From the NCBI GenBank assembly GCA_038200165.1, contig JBBPYF010000046.1, positions 11,871-75,870 of the forward strand: a stretch of DNA of 64,000 nucleotides. Reading direction: 5' to 3'. This document shows, one piece after another, positions 18,383-27,092 of the stretch. The position numbers and the translations under genes are program-made. The notes under the pieces were generated by a model that worked only from the letters and a program-made list of their open reading frames with translations, was not told the DNA's origin and made no database searches. This DNA is from Chthoniobacterales bacterium. Its GTDB lineage: Bacteria > Verrucomicrobiota > Verrucomicrobiia > Chthoniobacterales > UBA10450. Positions within the stretch are counted from its first letter, which is position 1. Every line of letters begins with the position of its first letter.

Positions 18383-18538
18383 ATGTCACAACATCGCAGC
18401 CTCAAAGGCGCCAGCACCATCACGGCGAAACGCAATGTTCTGAAGCGCTTCGAGCGCGTCGATCTGCTCAAGAAACGCGGGCAGTGGAAGGAGCAGAGCA
18501 AAGTCATTGGTCTGCCGAAGACGAAGCCGGATATTTAA
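18383..18538 (+). CDS. Small basic protein (51 aa), absent from the ORF track
   Basis: Hand translation: MSQHRSLKGASTITAKRNVLKRFERVDLLKKRGQWKEQSKVIGLPKTKPDI*. From memory it resembles the 'small basic protein' family of Verrucomicrobia/Planctomycetes. Not verifiable here. Confidence 0.6.
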   Translation: MSQHRSLKGASTITAKRNVLKRFERVDLLKKRGQWKEQSKVIGLPKTKPDI

Positions 18539-18613
18539 TGTGAATAGTGACTGGCGATCAGTGAATGGTCTGGCCACCATTCACCAATCACTGATCACCA
18601 TTCACCCATCACC
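18537..18613. repeat. Family-B GTGA-rich palindrome
   Basis: aatgtgaatagtgac..gatcagtgaatggt-ctggcc-accattcaccaatcactgatcaccattcac. The first 15 nt are nearly identical to the right arm of copy 11635-11695. Confidence 0.8.
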
Positions 18614-18615
18614 AC

Positions 18616-19413
18616 GTGCGCCTGAATCGTTTCCTCGCCGCGGCTGGTGTTACTTCGCGCCGCGGCGCCGATGAGCTTATTGCTGCTGGTCGCGTCACGG
18701 TGAATGGCAAACCGTGCACCGATTTCCATTTTCGACCGGCCGCGACCGATCATGTCAAAGTCGATGGCAAAAGTGTCCGGGCGCGTGCTGACATTTACCT
18801 CGTGTTACACAAACCGGCGGGCTTTGTCTGCACGCGACGCGATCCGCACGTGACCGATACCGTGTTTGATTTGTTGCCGCCGAAGTTCGCCTCGCTCGCT
18901 TACGTGGGACGCCTCGATGCCCAAAGCGAAGGCCTGCTCCTGTTGACCAACGACGGCGATTTCGCGCAACGGCTGACGCATCCGCGATTCAAAGTGGAGA
19001 AGGAATACCGGGTGACTTTGGACACACCGGCCCCGCGCGAGCTTTCGCAGCAATTGCTGCACGGCACTGTGCTCGATGGCAAACGTGCTCGCGCCAAACG
19101 CGTCGAACAAATCGCGCCGGCAAAACTGCGCATCGTGCTCGAGCAGGGAATGAACCGGCAGATTCGCCGGATGCTGGAGAGATTCGGGTTTCGTACGAAA
19201 CGGCTCGTGCGAGTGCGCATCGGTAATCTGCGGCTGGGCGATCTGCCGCGCGGGCACTGGCGCGAACTAACGAGGCGTGAACTTAGCACCGTCATCCCGA
19301 GCGAAGCCGAGGGATCCCGTGGCGCAACTTCAAAGGTAACGCCGCGGGATTCTTCGACTCCGCTGCGCTCCGCTCAGAATGACAGAAAGAGTGCTCCGCT
19401 CGGCTCCGAATGA
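18616..19413 (+). CDS. Pseudouridine synthase, RsuA/RluB family
   Basis: S4 domain RLNRFLAAAGVTSRRGADELI and catalytic GRLDAQSEGLLLLTNDG. GTG start. The last ~40 aa (VIPSEAEGSRGATSKVTPRDSSTPLRSAQNDRK..) are encoded by a family-A element. Confidence 0.9.
   Translation: MRLNRFLAAAGVTSRRGADELIAAGRVTVNGKPCTDFHFRPAATDHVKVDGKSVRARADIYLVLHKPAGFVCTRRDPHVTDTVFDLLPPKFASLAYVGRLDAQSEGLLLLTNDGDFAQRLTHPRFKVEKEYRVTLDTPAPRELSQQLLHGTVLDGKRARAKRVEQIAPAKLRIVLEQGMNRQIRRMLERFGFRTKRLVRVRIGNLRLGDLPRGHWRELTRRELSTVIPSEAEGSRGATSKVTPRDSSTPLRSAQNDRKSAPLGSE
19291..19383. repeat. Family-A palindromic element, inside the 3' end of the pseudouridine synthase ORF
   Basis: gtcatcccgagcgaagccgagggatcccg ... gggattcttcgactccgctgcgctccgctcagaatgac. 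Confidence 0.85.
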
Positions 19414-20198
19414 TATTGGATAACTGCTCCGCCGTTATCACCGGCGCTTCAGCGGGAATCGGCGCTGAGTTTGCCCGGCAGCTCGGCCCGCGGGCGAAGA
19501 CTTTGATTCTGGTGGCGAGAAGGGGTGATCGGCTCGATTCGCTGCGCGATGAGCTGCTGGCTATTAACCCGGCGCTATCGGTCGAAATTCGCGAGACCGA
19601 TCTTTCCAATCTCGATCAGACGATGCAGCTGGCGCAATGGATCGCCGACCAACCAATCGACCTGCTCATCAACAACGCAGGCCTGGGCGATCTCGGCCCG
19701 TTTGTGAATGCCGATCCCCGGCGCGTGAATGAACAGGTGCAGGTCAATGTTCTGGCGCTGACGGCGCTGACACGCGCCGTTCTCCCGCGCATGCTCGCGC
19801 AAAGACGCGGCGGGATTCTGAACGTCAGCTCCTCCGCCGGTTTTCTTCCGCTGCCGGGTTTCGCGGTTTACGCCGCGACAAAAGCGTACGTGACCAGCTT
19901 CTCCGCGGCGCTTCGCTCGGAAAGTCGCGGCTGCGGGATTGCAGTGACTGCGCTCTGTCCCGGCCCGGTTGAAACGGAGTTTACCGCAGTGGCGCATCGC
20001 GTCTCGCGCCCGCGGCGTTACAGCTCGAGCCTCGCCCACGTGCCCGTGGAGAAAGTCGTCCGCGCCGGTCTGCGTGGGGTGGAACGGAACAAGCCGATTG
20101 TCATTCCCGGAGCGGTGATAAAAACGACGATGGCGATCACGCGGATGATGCCGTTGGCGCTGCTGCGATTAGCAGCGCGGTTCACGCAACAAAAGTGA
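19410..20198 (+). CDS. Short-chain dehydrogenase/reductase
   Basis: ITGASAGIG cofactor motif, NNAG and the YAATKAY catalytic motif. ATGA overlap with the upstream gene. Confidence 0.9.
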   Translation: MILDNCSAVITGASAGIGAEFARQLGPRAKTLILVARRGDRLDSLRDELLAINPALSVEIRETDLSNLDQTMQLAQWIADQPIDLLINNAGLGDLGPFVNADPRRVNEQVQVNVLALTALTRAVLPRMLAQRRGGILNVSSSAGFLPLPGFAVYAATKAYVTSFSAALRSESRGCGIAVTALCPGPVETEFTAVAHRVSRPRRYSSSLAHVPVEKVVRAGLRGVERNKPIVIPGAVIKTTMAITRMMPLALLRLAARFTQQK

Positions 20199-20245
20199 AT
20201 GCTACGGCTTGCCGCGTGACGAGTGTTTAGATCGCCGCTACAGCA

Positions 20246-20848
20246 TCACTTATATTTGACCGAGCAGCCGTAGGGTCGCGTGTTGCTATTGGAAACTGGC
20301 TTGCCGCTCATCGATTCATCCAGCGCTACCTTTACGTAGTTGGTCGAGTTCGCGATGTCGTCGGGATTCGGTGTGGCTTTGCTGTCGATGGCGCCTTCGT
20401 AAACGATCTTGCCTTCCGGATTAATGACGAACATGTGCGGCGTGTTGCGCGCGCCATAGCTGCGGCCGGCTTTACCCTCGGGATCGAGCAGGAGCGAAGT
20501 TTGTTTTGTGTTCCAGCTCTTCATCACCTTCTGCGCCTGCTCGGGTGAGATGTTGCCTTCAGCGCCGGGGGCGTTCGAGTCGATCGTGAGCCAGACCACG
20601 CCTTTGCTCGTGTACTCGCCCTGCAGCTTTTGCATGTTGCCGCTGCCATAATGTTTCTTCACAAACGGGCACTCGGGATTGAACCATTCCAGCACGACGT
20701 ATTTGCCTTTGTAATCAGAAAGCGAATGCGTCTTGCCGCCGGTATCCGGCAGGCTGAAGTCAGGCGCGGCGGAGCCGACAGCGGGTGAATCAGCCGCGTA
20801 GAGGGCGGCACTGGCGAGCGAGAGCAGAGCGATGGTGAGTGATTTCAT
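20246..20848 (-). CDS. Secreted thioredoxin-fold (redoxin/TlpA-like) protein
   Basis: Signal peptide MKSLTIALLSLASAALYA and YVVLEWFNPECPFVKKHY. 3-nt gap to the DsbD-like gene. Confidence 0.75.
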   Translation of the reverse strand: MKSLTIALLSLASAALYAADSPAVGSAAPDFSLPDTGGKTHSLSDYKGKYVVLEWFNPECPFVKKHYGSGNMQKLQGEYTSKGVVWLTIDSNAPGAEGNISPEQAQKVMKSWNTKQTSLLLDPEGKAGRSYGARNTPHMFVINPEGKIVYEGAIDSKATPNPDDIANSTNYVKVALDESMSGKPVSNSNTRPYGCSVKYK

Positions 20849-20850
20849 GT

Positions 20851-22965
20851 TTATTGAGACACGATCGGATGATTAACGGTTTCGAGTTTTTGCAGGACGA
20901 TGTTTTTGGTCAGCAATTCCGGGAAGACATACGGCTGAGCCGCGCCGCCCGGATAAAGCACATACAATGGGACACCCGGACGTCCGAATTGTTTCAACAT
21001 TTTGGTAACAGCGGGGTCGCCATTGGTCCAATCGGCTTTGAGTTTAACGATCTGCCGCTGGGAGAAGGCGCTGCGGACCGCCTCGGTCTCGAGCACGGTC
21101 GATTCGTTGAATTTGCAGGTGATGCACCATTCGGCGGTGAAATCGATGAAGACGGCGTGGCCTTGTTGAAGCTCGGAGGCGAGGCGGTCGGGTGTGAATG
21201 GCTGCCAGCCGTTCGCTGCGGCGGGCGAAGCCGCCACAGATGACGCAGTGACAAATTTTTTGCCGATGAAATACCAGCCGCCGCCGAGCACGAACAGAAG
21301 CATGAGCAGGAGGGTAACGGCGCGCGCGCGTGCGGAGGCGAGCGGAGTGATGAACGCGCCTTTCATCCAGCAAGCGACGCTGAGGATGAGGAGAAAGCAG
21401 CAGGTCCAGATGAGGGCGGCGACGCCGCGTTGGGCGCCGAGCACCGAAAGAAGGAAGAGCAGCGTGGCGATGAGCAGGAAACCCATCAGCTGTTTCACGC
21501 GCATCATCCACTCGCCGGGTTTGGGGAGAAATTTCAGCCACGCTGGTTGTGCGCTGAGGATGAGATAGGGCGCGCTCATTCCCGCCGCGATGGCGGCGAA
21601 CATGAGGAGGATAACGGCGGCCGATTGCGTGAAGGCGAAGCCAAGCGCGGTGCCGAGAAACGGCGCGGTGCACGGCGTGGCCAGAATCGTGGCAAAAACG
21701 CCCTGGAAAAATGAACCGGCGTTTCCGTGCGCAGATTCCGCCGCGACCGCGCGACGGCTGATCCATTGCGGCAGATTGATTTCGAAAACGCCGAAGAGAT
21801 TGAGCGCGAAGACGAGCACGACCGCGCTCATGATGAGAACAAAATATGGATTGGTGAATTGCGCGGCCCACACCGGTTGCCCACCGGCCGATTTGACGAG
21901 CACCAGCACGAGCGCCAGCCCGAGAAACCAGGCAAAAATTCCTGCGATGAACGCCAGCCCGCTGCGCAAAATTCGGCCGCGACTCTGCCCGGCCTGCTGC
22001 ACAAATCCGAAAATCTTAAGCGAGATAACCGGCAACACGCACGGCATCAGGTTCAAAATGAATCCGCCAACGAATCCGAAAAAGAGGAATCGCGCCAGCT
22101 CATGAAAGGGCGAAGCGTGAGCCGCGAATGCGCTTTGCTGGGTCGCTGCGATTTCCCACGCGCGGCGATTCTCGCCCTCGCCAAAAACAATCAGGCCGGG
22201 CAACGAATCGCGATTCGCGCCTTCCATCGGGACGCGAAAAACGAGGTGATCGCCTTCGCGCGATTGCAGCTGGGGATGACCGACAGCGACGTTCTCGGCC
22301 GGCGACGGGAAGAATTCCACCGCCGATGATTTGGCCAGAACAGAGCTTGTCACAGTCAGGAGCAAACCGGAACTGTCGCGCGACCACGCGGCGGAGAAAT
22401 CCGCAGCCGGCGATTGCGGCAGGAGTTTCTGAAAGCGCGTGAAGAGCTCCGTGTTCGCCGGTGAATTGCTGGAGGCGACCGGCAGCGGGAGGCCGAGCGT
22501 CGCATCACCAGGAATACAAATTTTCTCGCAAACGAGCCAGCTCACTTTGGCGGCGAGCTTGACGCTGTCGCCGCTGACATTTTTTGGCGGCGTGATTTGC
22601 TGAATGAGCAAGACCTCATCGTGATAGCCGTAAATCTGAATGTCGCCCGGCTCTTGCAGCTTCAGCGGCAAGGGCCATTGGATGTCGCCCGCGCGCCAGC
22701 CTTCGGGCATTTGCCATTTGATGTCAGTGGGAATGCCGGCGTCGCCTGGGTATTTCCAGTAGGTGTGCCAGCCGGGCGCCATCTTCAGGCGCACGCCGGC
22801 GAGGAACGGCTCGCCCGACACCACCGTGCTGACATTGACGACGGCGCTCGCTTCGACGAGCTGTTTGCCCTGGTAAAGCTGCCCTTCGCCAACCGCGGCT
22901 GTGGCGAGCAGGAAACTCAGCGCGAGAAAACGCCGGGCGTTCATGTGTTTACTTATCATCGGCAA
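20851..22965 (-). CDS. Thiol:disulfide interchange protein DsbD-like
   Basis: N-terminal periplasmic domain, CcdA-type TM core (LNLMPCVLPVISLK, ATPCTAPFLG) and C-terminal thioredoxin FIDFTAEWCITCKFNE. Confidence 0.85.
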   Translation of the reverse strand: MPMISKHMNARRFLALSFLLATAAVGEGQLYQGKQLVEASAVVNVSTVVSGEPFLAGVRLKMAPGWHTYWKYPGDAGIPTDIKWQMPEGWRAGDIQWPLPLKLQEPGDIQIYGYHDEVLLIQQITPPKNVSGDSVKLAAKVSWLVCEKICIPGDATLGLPLPVASSNSPANTELFTRFQKLLPQSPAADFSAAWSRDSSGLLLTVTSSVLAKSSAVEFFPSPAENVAVGHPQLQSREGDHLVFRVPMEGANRDSLPGLIVFGEGENRRAWEIAATQQSAFAAHASPFHELARFLFFGFVGGFILNLMPCVLPVISLKIFGFVQQAGQSRGRILRSGLAFIAGIFAWFLGLALVLVLVKSAGGQPVWAAQFTNPYFVLIMSAVVLVFALNLFGVFEINLPQWISRRAVAAESAHGNAGSFFQGVFATILATPCTAPFLGTALGFAFTQSAAVILLMFAAIAAGMSAPYLILSAQPAWLKFLPKPGEWMMRVKQLMGFLLIATLLFLLSVLGAQRGVAALIWTCCFLLILSVACWMKGAFITPLASARARAVTLLLMLLFVLGGGWYFIGKKFVTASSVAASPAAANGWQPFTPDRLASELQQGHAVFIDFTAEWCITCKFNESTVLETEAVRSAFSQRQIVKLKADWTNGDPAVTKMLKQFGRPGVPLYVLYPGGAAQPYVFPELLTKNIVLQKLETVNHPIVSQ

Positions 22966-23024
22966 CGTGCGCGGGCAACGCAGCCGGCTGATGTCCCCGG
23001 CTGAAAGTCGCCGGTCACGGTCAC

Positions 23025-23591
23025 CTACGGAGCGGGTTGCCCGGCCCGAGAGGCGACCGCCTGCTTGAACTGCTGCAAAGTCATTGGGTGAGCGCCCGTC
23101 ACTGCGGCAGTCTGTCTTCCGACCTGTTCAGTCGCACTCACGGGCGAGCCGCTGTTGTCGTAGACAATGTCCCGCCCGCCAGCGTCCTTCCGCACATGAT
23201 AGCGCCCATGCATGATGCCCACTAAGGGAATGAATTGCGAGCCGTTGTTCTCCACGAAAAGCACGTCGCGATCGCCGGGTTTGAACTTCGGTGCATCAGT
23301 CACCTCCATTGTCTCGCCGGCCACGGTGCCGCCGAGCATGCGCAGGGTGATCTGCTTTTCCGGGGTTCCCTTGAAGGTGTCCTCCACTTTGAACGTGACG
23401 TAGCTGACGATGTGCCGCTGTGCGCCTTCGCCCGTCCACTCCGAGCGCACATCAGTGACAGTGCCCTGGAAAATGATTTCGGCCCGGCTGACGAGCTCGT
23501 CGAACGAAGGCGGAATGACAGTGGTGGCCGCGGCGGTACAGGCCATGACGGCAGCGATGCTGCCAGTCGAAAGACGGAATAGATTTTTCAT
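23025..23591 (-). CDS. Hypothetical secreted protein or lipoprotein (188 aa)
   Basis: N-terminus MKNLFRLSTGSIAAVMAC. The mature part looks beta-rich with no further Cys. No family recognised. Confidence 0.55.
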   Translation of the reverse strand: MKNLFRLSTGSIAAVMACTAAATTVIPPSFDELVSRAEIIFQGTVTDVRSEWTGEGAQRHIVSYVTFKVEDTFKGTPEKQITLRMLGGTVAGETMEVTDAPKFKPGDRDVLFVENNGSQFIPLVGIMHGRYHVRKDAGGRDIVYDNSGSPVSATEQVGRQTAAVTGAHPMTLQQFKQAVASRAGQPAP

Positions 23592-23669
23592 GAGGGGAAG
23601 GTGACTTTACTCCTATTGCTTGAACCATTCAAACGCGGAGCGGTCGCATCGCGGTGACAACGCCATCGG

Positions 23670-25157
23670 TCAATCAAGGTCATACGCATCGACCAGTGCG
23701 ATTCCGGCAGTGTTATTCGAGCCGCGCACGATGGCGGTATAATTGCCGGCGGAAAGCGTCGCGATGATAGCGGCTTCGTTGGCATTTTGCGGCCGATAAC
23801 CGCTCGCGCTGATCTCGGCCGCCTGCGTTCCGGCAGCCCAGTTGTCATTGCTGTAAATCAAGGTGCCTGAGGCATTGTGCAGCTCCAGGATGGGATCGGC
23901 CAGCGTGCCCGCAAGCGAGAATGGCGGCGCGGCCATGGCCGGCCCAATGGCGCGCACGATCAGTCTCTTGGGTGAGGCGCCGGTGATGATCATGCCGCCG
24001 ATGAGCACGTTATCGCCGGTGCCGACGTGCCCGCGCGTGGAAAGATTCGAGAGCCGGCTGCCGAGCGCATCCAGCTGGTACACTTCCACCAGCGCGACGC
24101 CGGTGGTGTTGCCATAGCCCCGCACCACGGCGCTATACGCACCCGGCGCAAGCGTCGCCATCAGCGCCGGCTCGCTGGCATCGGCCGGCGCGTAGCCGCT
24201 GGCTGTGAGCTGCGACACCTGGCTGCCGCTTTGCCAATCATCGTTAGTGGCAACTACCGCTCCGGTAGAATCGTGCAGCTCGAGTGTGGGATCAGCTAAA
24301 ACGCCCGCGACGCCAAAGGTGGCGAGAGTGGGACCGAGCACGCGAACAACAATGCTTTTCGGGGCGGAGCCGCTAATGGTGAAGCCGCCAATCATGGCGT
24401 TATCGCCCGTGCCGACGTTCAGGCGGGTGGAGATGTTACCGAAGCGGCTGATGGCCGGTGTGGCAGCGGGAGTGGGCGTTGGCGTGGATGTCGGTGCTCC
24501 ATACAACGCTTGGACTCCGGCGATGTCATCACTCGAAAGCGTTTCGCGATTACTCGTTACGGAATTCATGATGGCGTCGACGTGCTGTCCATGATCATCC
24601 GGGTGATCCAAACCGAGCGCGTGACCCAGCTCATGGATGAGCACGCGGCGGATGTCGCCGATGGCCCAGCGATTGGAGCCGTAACGCAGGGTGCCGCGGT
24701 AGGAGTCGAAACTCTGGTGCGTATTGAAAAGCACGTCGGCCTCGTTGATGACGCCGGCCGCGTCGGACCGGTAATATGTCACCGCCAACGTGCCGGAACC
24801 AAAATCCTGGCCATAAACGGTGCCGGAGAAAACGATTGCATTTACTCCATCTCCCAATGCGACGGGCGGATGAGCTCCGGGCGTGGTGCGAAATTGCAAT
24901 CGCGCCATCACGGCGTCCCACGCGGCGGCGGCGGGTGCCGCTGCCGTGTCCCAGGAGGTATTCCCATCAAGCAGCGTGCGTCCGGCAGAGCCGAGACCAA
25001 GCTGAAAGGTGACGATGCTGCCGCTCGGCCACTTCTTGCCTTCGAGGCTGTAGGCAAAGCTCTGGTGAGGAACGTGGACGAAAAGGCAAAAGCAGGCCAG
25101 TTTGGCCAAGCGCCTGAACGCGCGCGCGCAGAAGATGGCCGGGAGAGAAGCGTCCAT
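23670..25157 (-). CDS. Secreted matrixin-type (M10) zinc metalloprotease with two C-terminal repeat modules
   Basis: VLIHELGHALGLDHPDDH (HExxHxxGxxH) followed by AIMN (Met-turn). Then a PT linker and two ~125-aa homologous modules (NISTRLNVGTGDNAMIGG.. / NLSTRGHVGTGDNVLIGG..). Confidence 0.85.
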   Translation of the reverse strand: MDASLPAIFCARAFRRLAKLACFCLFVHVPHQSFAYSLEGKKWPSGSIVTFQLGLGSAGRTLLDGNTSWDTAAAPAAAAWDAVMARLQFRTTPGAHPPVALGDGVNAIVFSGTVYGQDFGSGTLAVTYYRSDAAGVINEADVLFNTHQSFDSYRGTLRYGSNRWAIGDIRRVLIHELGHALGLDHPDDHGQHVDAIMNSVTSNRETLSSDDIAGVQALYGAPTSTPTPTPAATPAISRFGNISTRLNVGTGDNAMIGGFTISGSAPKSIVVRVLGPTLATFGVAGVLADPTLELHDSTGAVVATNDDWQSGSQVSQLTASGYAPADASEPALMATLAPGAYSAVVRGYGNTTGVALVEVYQLDALGSRLSNLSTRGHVGTGDNVLIGGMIITGASPKRLIVRAIGPAMAAPPFSLAGTLADPILELHNASGTLIYSNDNWAAGTQAAEISASGYRPQNANEAAIIATLSAGNYTAIVRGSNNTAGIALVDAYDLD

Positions 25158-25246
25158 AATTACTATAAAAGCAGAATTCGTGCGCGGAAACTCGTTTGGT
25201 GCACAGAACCGCTCAGTCGCTCAGTTGGCGCGGCGAGATGCGCCCC

Positions 25247-25702
25247 TCACGGCACAATAAAAATCTTGTTCGTGCCTGGGTCTTTGACCTTCGTCCCGGA
25301 CGCGTAGCCGGTCACGTCGATCATCGTGCCATTCGACTCAAACGGACTGTAAACAAAGCCGGGCTTTCCGGGCACCGGCTTTGCCACCGGAAACTGCGGC
25401 GCGCTTTCCGAGTTCACGACGACGTGCGGAGTACTGCGTGGCGTCGCACTGGGCGGCGGCGCGGTTTCAACCTGGCCTTCCGGAGGTGGCGAAGTAATCA
25501 CGCGCTCTTGCGCCCGACCGGTATTCACCGGCGGAGGTGGCACAGATTCTGGCGGGAGCACCGCGACAGGTTGACCTTGATACACGGTGGTCGTCTCCCG
25601 CTGCGGGTAGCGGTCGCTGCGACATGCCGCCGTCACGCATGCCATTACCAAAACCACAATGGCGAAACGAGTCACTGCCGCTCTTATATCAAGCTGCGGC
25701 AT
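25247..25702 (-). CDS. Hypothetical Pro-rich lipoprotein
   Basis: ATG 25702 gives MPQLDIRAAVTRFAIVVLVMACVTAAC. Pro-rich spacer and the C-terminal block PGKPGFVYSPFESNGTMIDVTGYASGTKVKDPGTNKIFIVP. Confidence 0.5.
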   Translation of the reverse strand: MPQLDIRAAVTRFAIVVLVMACVTAACRSDRYPQRETTTVYQGQPVAVLPPESVPPPPVNTGRAQERVITSPPPEGQVETAPPPSATPRSTPHVVVNSESAPQFPVAKPVPGKPGFVYSPFESNGTMIDVTGYASGTKVKDPGTNKIFIVP

Positions 25703-26741
25703 GGGCGCAACTTCGCGCCGCCTCGAACTCGCGCGTGAACGAGGCAATCTTCTCTTCGTCCACAAGCCACGAGCACATCAGCCGGTAAACATCGGGCTCG
25801 ATGAACTTGTAGAAGGCGCAACCGCGTTGTTCCAGCTCGCTGGCGAGTTCACTCTCCAATCGCACGAACACGGCGTTCGCGTCCGTGGGAAAAGCAATTT
25901 CCGCTCCAGCTCCAGAGAGGGCCGCGGCGAGTTTTGCTGCCATCGCATTCGCGTGCGCGCCATTCTTGAGCCAGACGTTGTTCTCGAGCAACGCAAGCCA
26001 CGGGGCCGCCAGCATTCGCATTTTCGAAGCGAGCTGGCCCGCCTGTTTCGCCCGATACTCAAACTCAAACGCGAGCTGCTTGTTGAAAAAGATGACAAGC
26101 TCACCCGCCGCCAATCCATTCTTCGTCCCGCCGAAACAAAGAACATCCACGCCGGCCTCCCACGTGATCTCCTTCGGCGTGCAGCGCAAGCTCGCCACCG
26201 CATTCGCGAACCGCGCCCCATCCATCTGGACCAGCATCCCGCGCGCGCGTCCGAACGTCGCAATCCGGCGAATTTCCTCCGCCCGATAGACGGTCCCGAG
26301 CTCGGTGGCCTGCGTGATGCTGATGACGCGCGGTTTGTGTGAATGCAGTTCGTGCTGCCGCCGCAGCGCTCCTTCGATTTCGCGCAAATCGAGTTTGCCG
26401 TTCGCGCCGCGCGTCGGGATAAGCTTCGAGCCGCGCGTGAAAAACTCGACCGCGCCGCATTCATCATTCTCGACGTGCGCGTGCTCGTGACAGATGACGC
26501 TGTGGAAAGGCTGGCACAATTGCGCCAGCGCCAGCGCGTTTGCCGCTGTGCCGTTGAAGACGAGGAAGACATCGCAATCCGTTTGGAAAAGCTCGCGCAC
26601 GCGATCGCAGAGCTTCGCCGTCCATTGATCATCGCCGTAGGGAGCAGCAGCGCCGCGATTCGCCTCCTGCAGCGCCGCAAAAGCTTCGGGGCAAATTCCC
26701 GCGCTGTTGTCGCTCGCGAAGTCGAGACGAAATGACGTCAC
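25689..26741 (-). CDS. ltaE: Low-specificity L-threonine aldolase
   Basis: DFASDNSAGICPE, FNGTAANALAL and FGGTKNG (PLP lysine region), typical of the Beta_elim_lyase/threonine aldolase family. Confidence 0.85.
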   Translation of the reverse strand: MTSFRLDFASDNSAGICPEAFAALQEANRGAAAPYGDDQWTAKLCDRVRELFQTDCDVFLVFNGTAANALALAQLCQPFHSVICHEHAHVENDECGAVEFFTRGSKLIPTRGANGKLDLREIEGALRRQHELHSHKPRVISITQATELGTVYRAEEIRRIATFGRARGMLVQMDGARFANAVASLRCTPKEITWEAGVDVLCFGGTKNGLAAGELVIFFNKQLAFEFEYRAKQAGQLASKMRMLAAPWLALLENNVWLKNGAHANAMAAKLAAALSGAGAEIAFPTDANAVFVRLESELASELEQRGCAFYKFIEPDVYRLMCSWLVDEEKIASFTREFEAARSCAHAAA

Positions 26742-26848
26742 GAAGTGTTTTACGCGAGCTTAGCGAACGCAGCAATGCGGCACCCTCACCTCATTCCTGT
26801 CCCTGACGGAGAGGAGGAGTCCCCCCGGGGAGGGATTCGCAGCCGCCG

Positions 26849-26965
26849 TTACGTGCACCCGCGCAGCAGAAAAATAATGAGCAAAATCGGAATCGGGATA
26901 CCGAGCAGCCACAGCAGAATATAACCGGCCGCGCCCGCTTCTTTGGTTTTCTCGCTAAATTTCAT
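26849..26965 (-). CDS. 38-aa hydrophobic membrane peptide, absent from the ORF track
   Basis: Hand translation: MKFSEKTKEAGAAGYILLWLLGIPIPILLIIFLLRGCT*. The AGGAGG core of an AAGGAGGG Shine-Dalgarno site lies 8 nt upstream of the ATG, which is rare in this window. Confidence 0.55.
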   Translation of the reverse strand: MKFSEKTKEAGAAGYILLWLLGIPIPILLIIFLLRGCT

Positions 26966-27092
26966 CCGTGTTCCCTCCTTGCGATTAAATCGCATGACAC
27001 GCAGCGCGTGAGCGTGTGCCGTTTAGCTGCTCCGCCTCGGCGCCAGCTACAACGCACTTTGCCCAAGAGGAACCCGCGGTCTAGAATCAGCC

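Noticed and set aside
23025-23591. Calling the 188-aa secreted protein a TIMP/NTR-fold metalloprotease inhibitor homologue.
   Set aside because: There is only a loose resemblance in the alternation of hydrophobic beta-strands. It lacks the N-terminal Cys-x-Cys and all the disulfide cysteines of TIMPs. It is kept only as a neighbourhood-based hypothesis.
25158-25246. A TATAGT box 6 nt upstream of the matrixin ATG, as evidence for a leaderless transcript.
   Set aside because: There is no convincing -35 element, and promoter consensus for this lineage is unknown to me. It cannot be supported from sequence alone.
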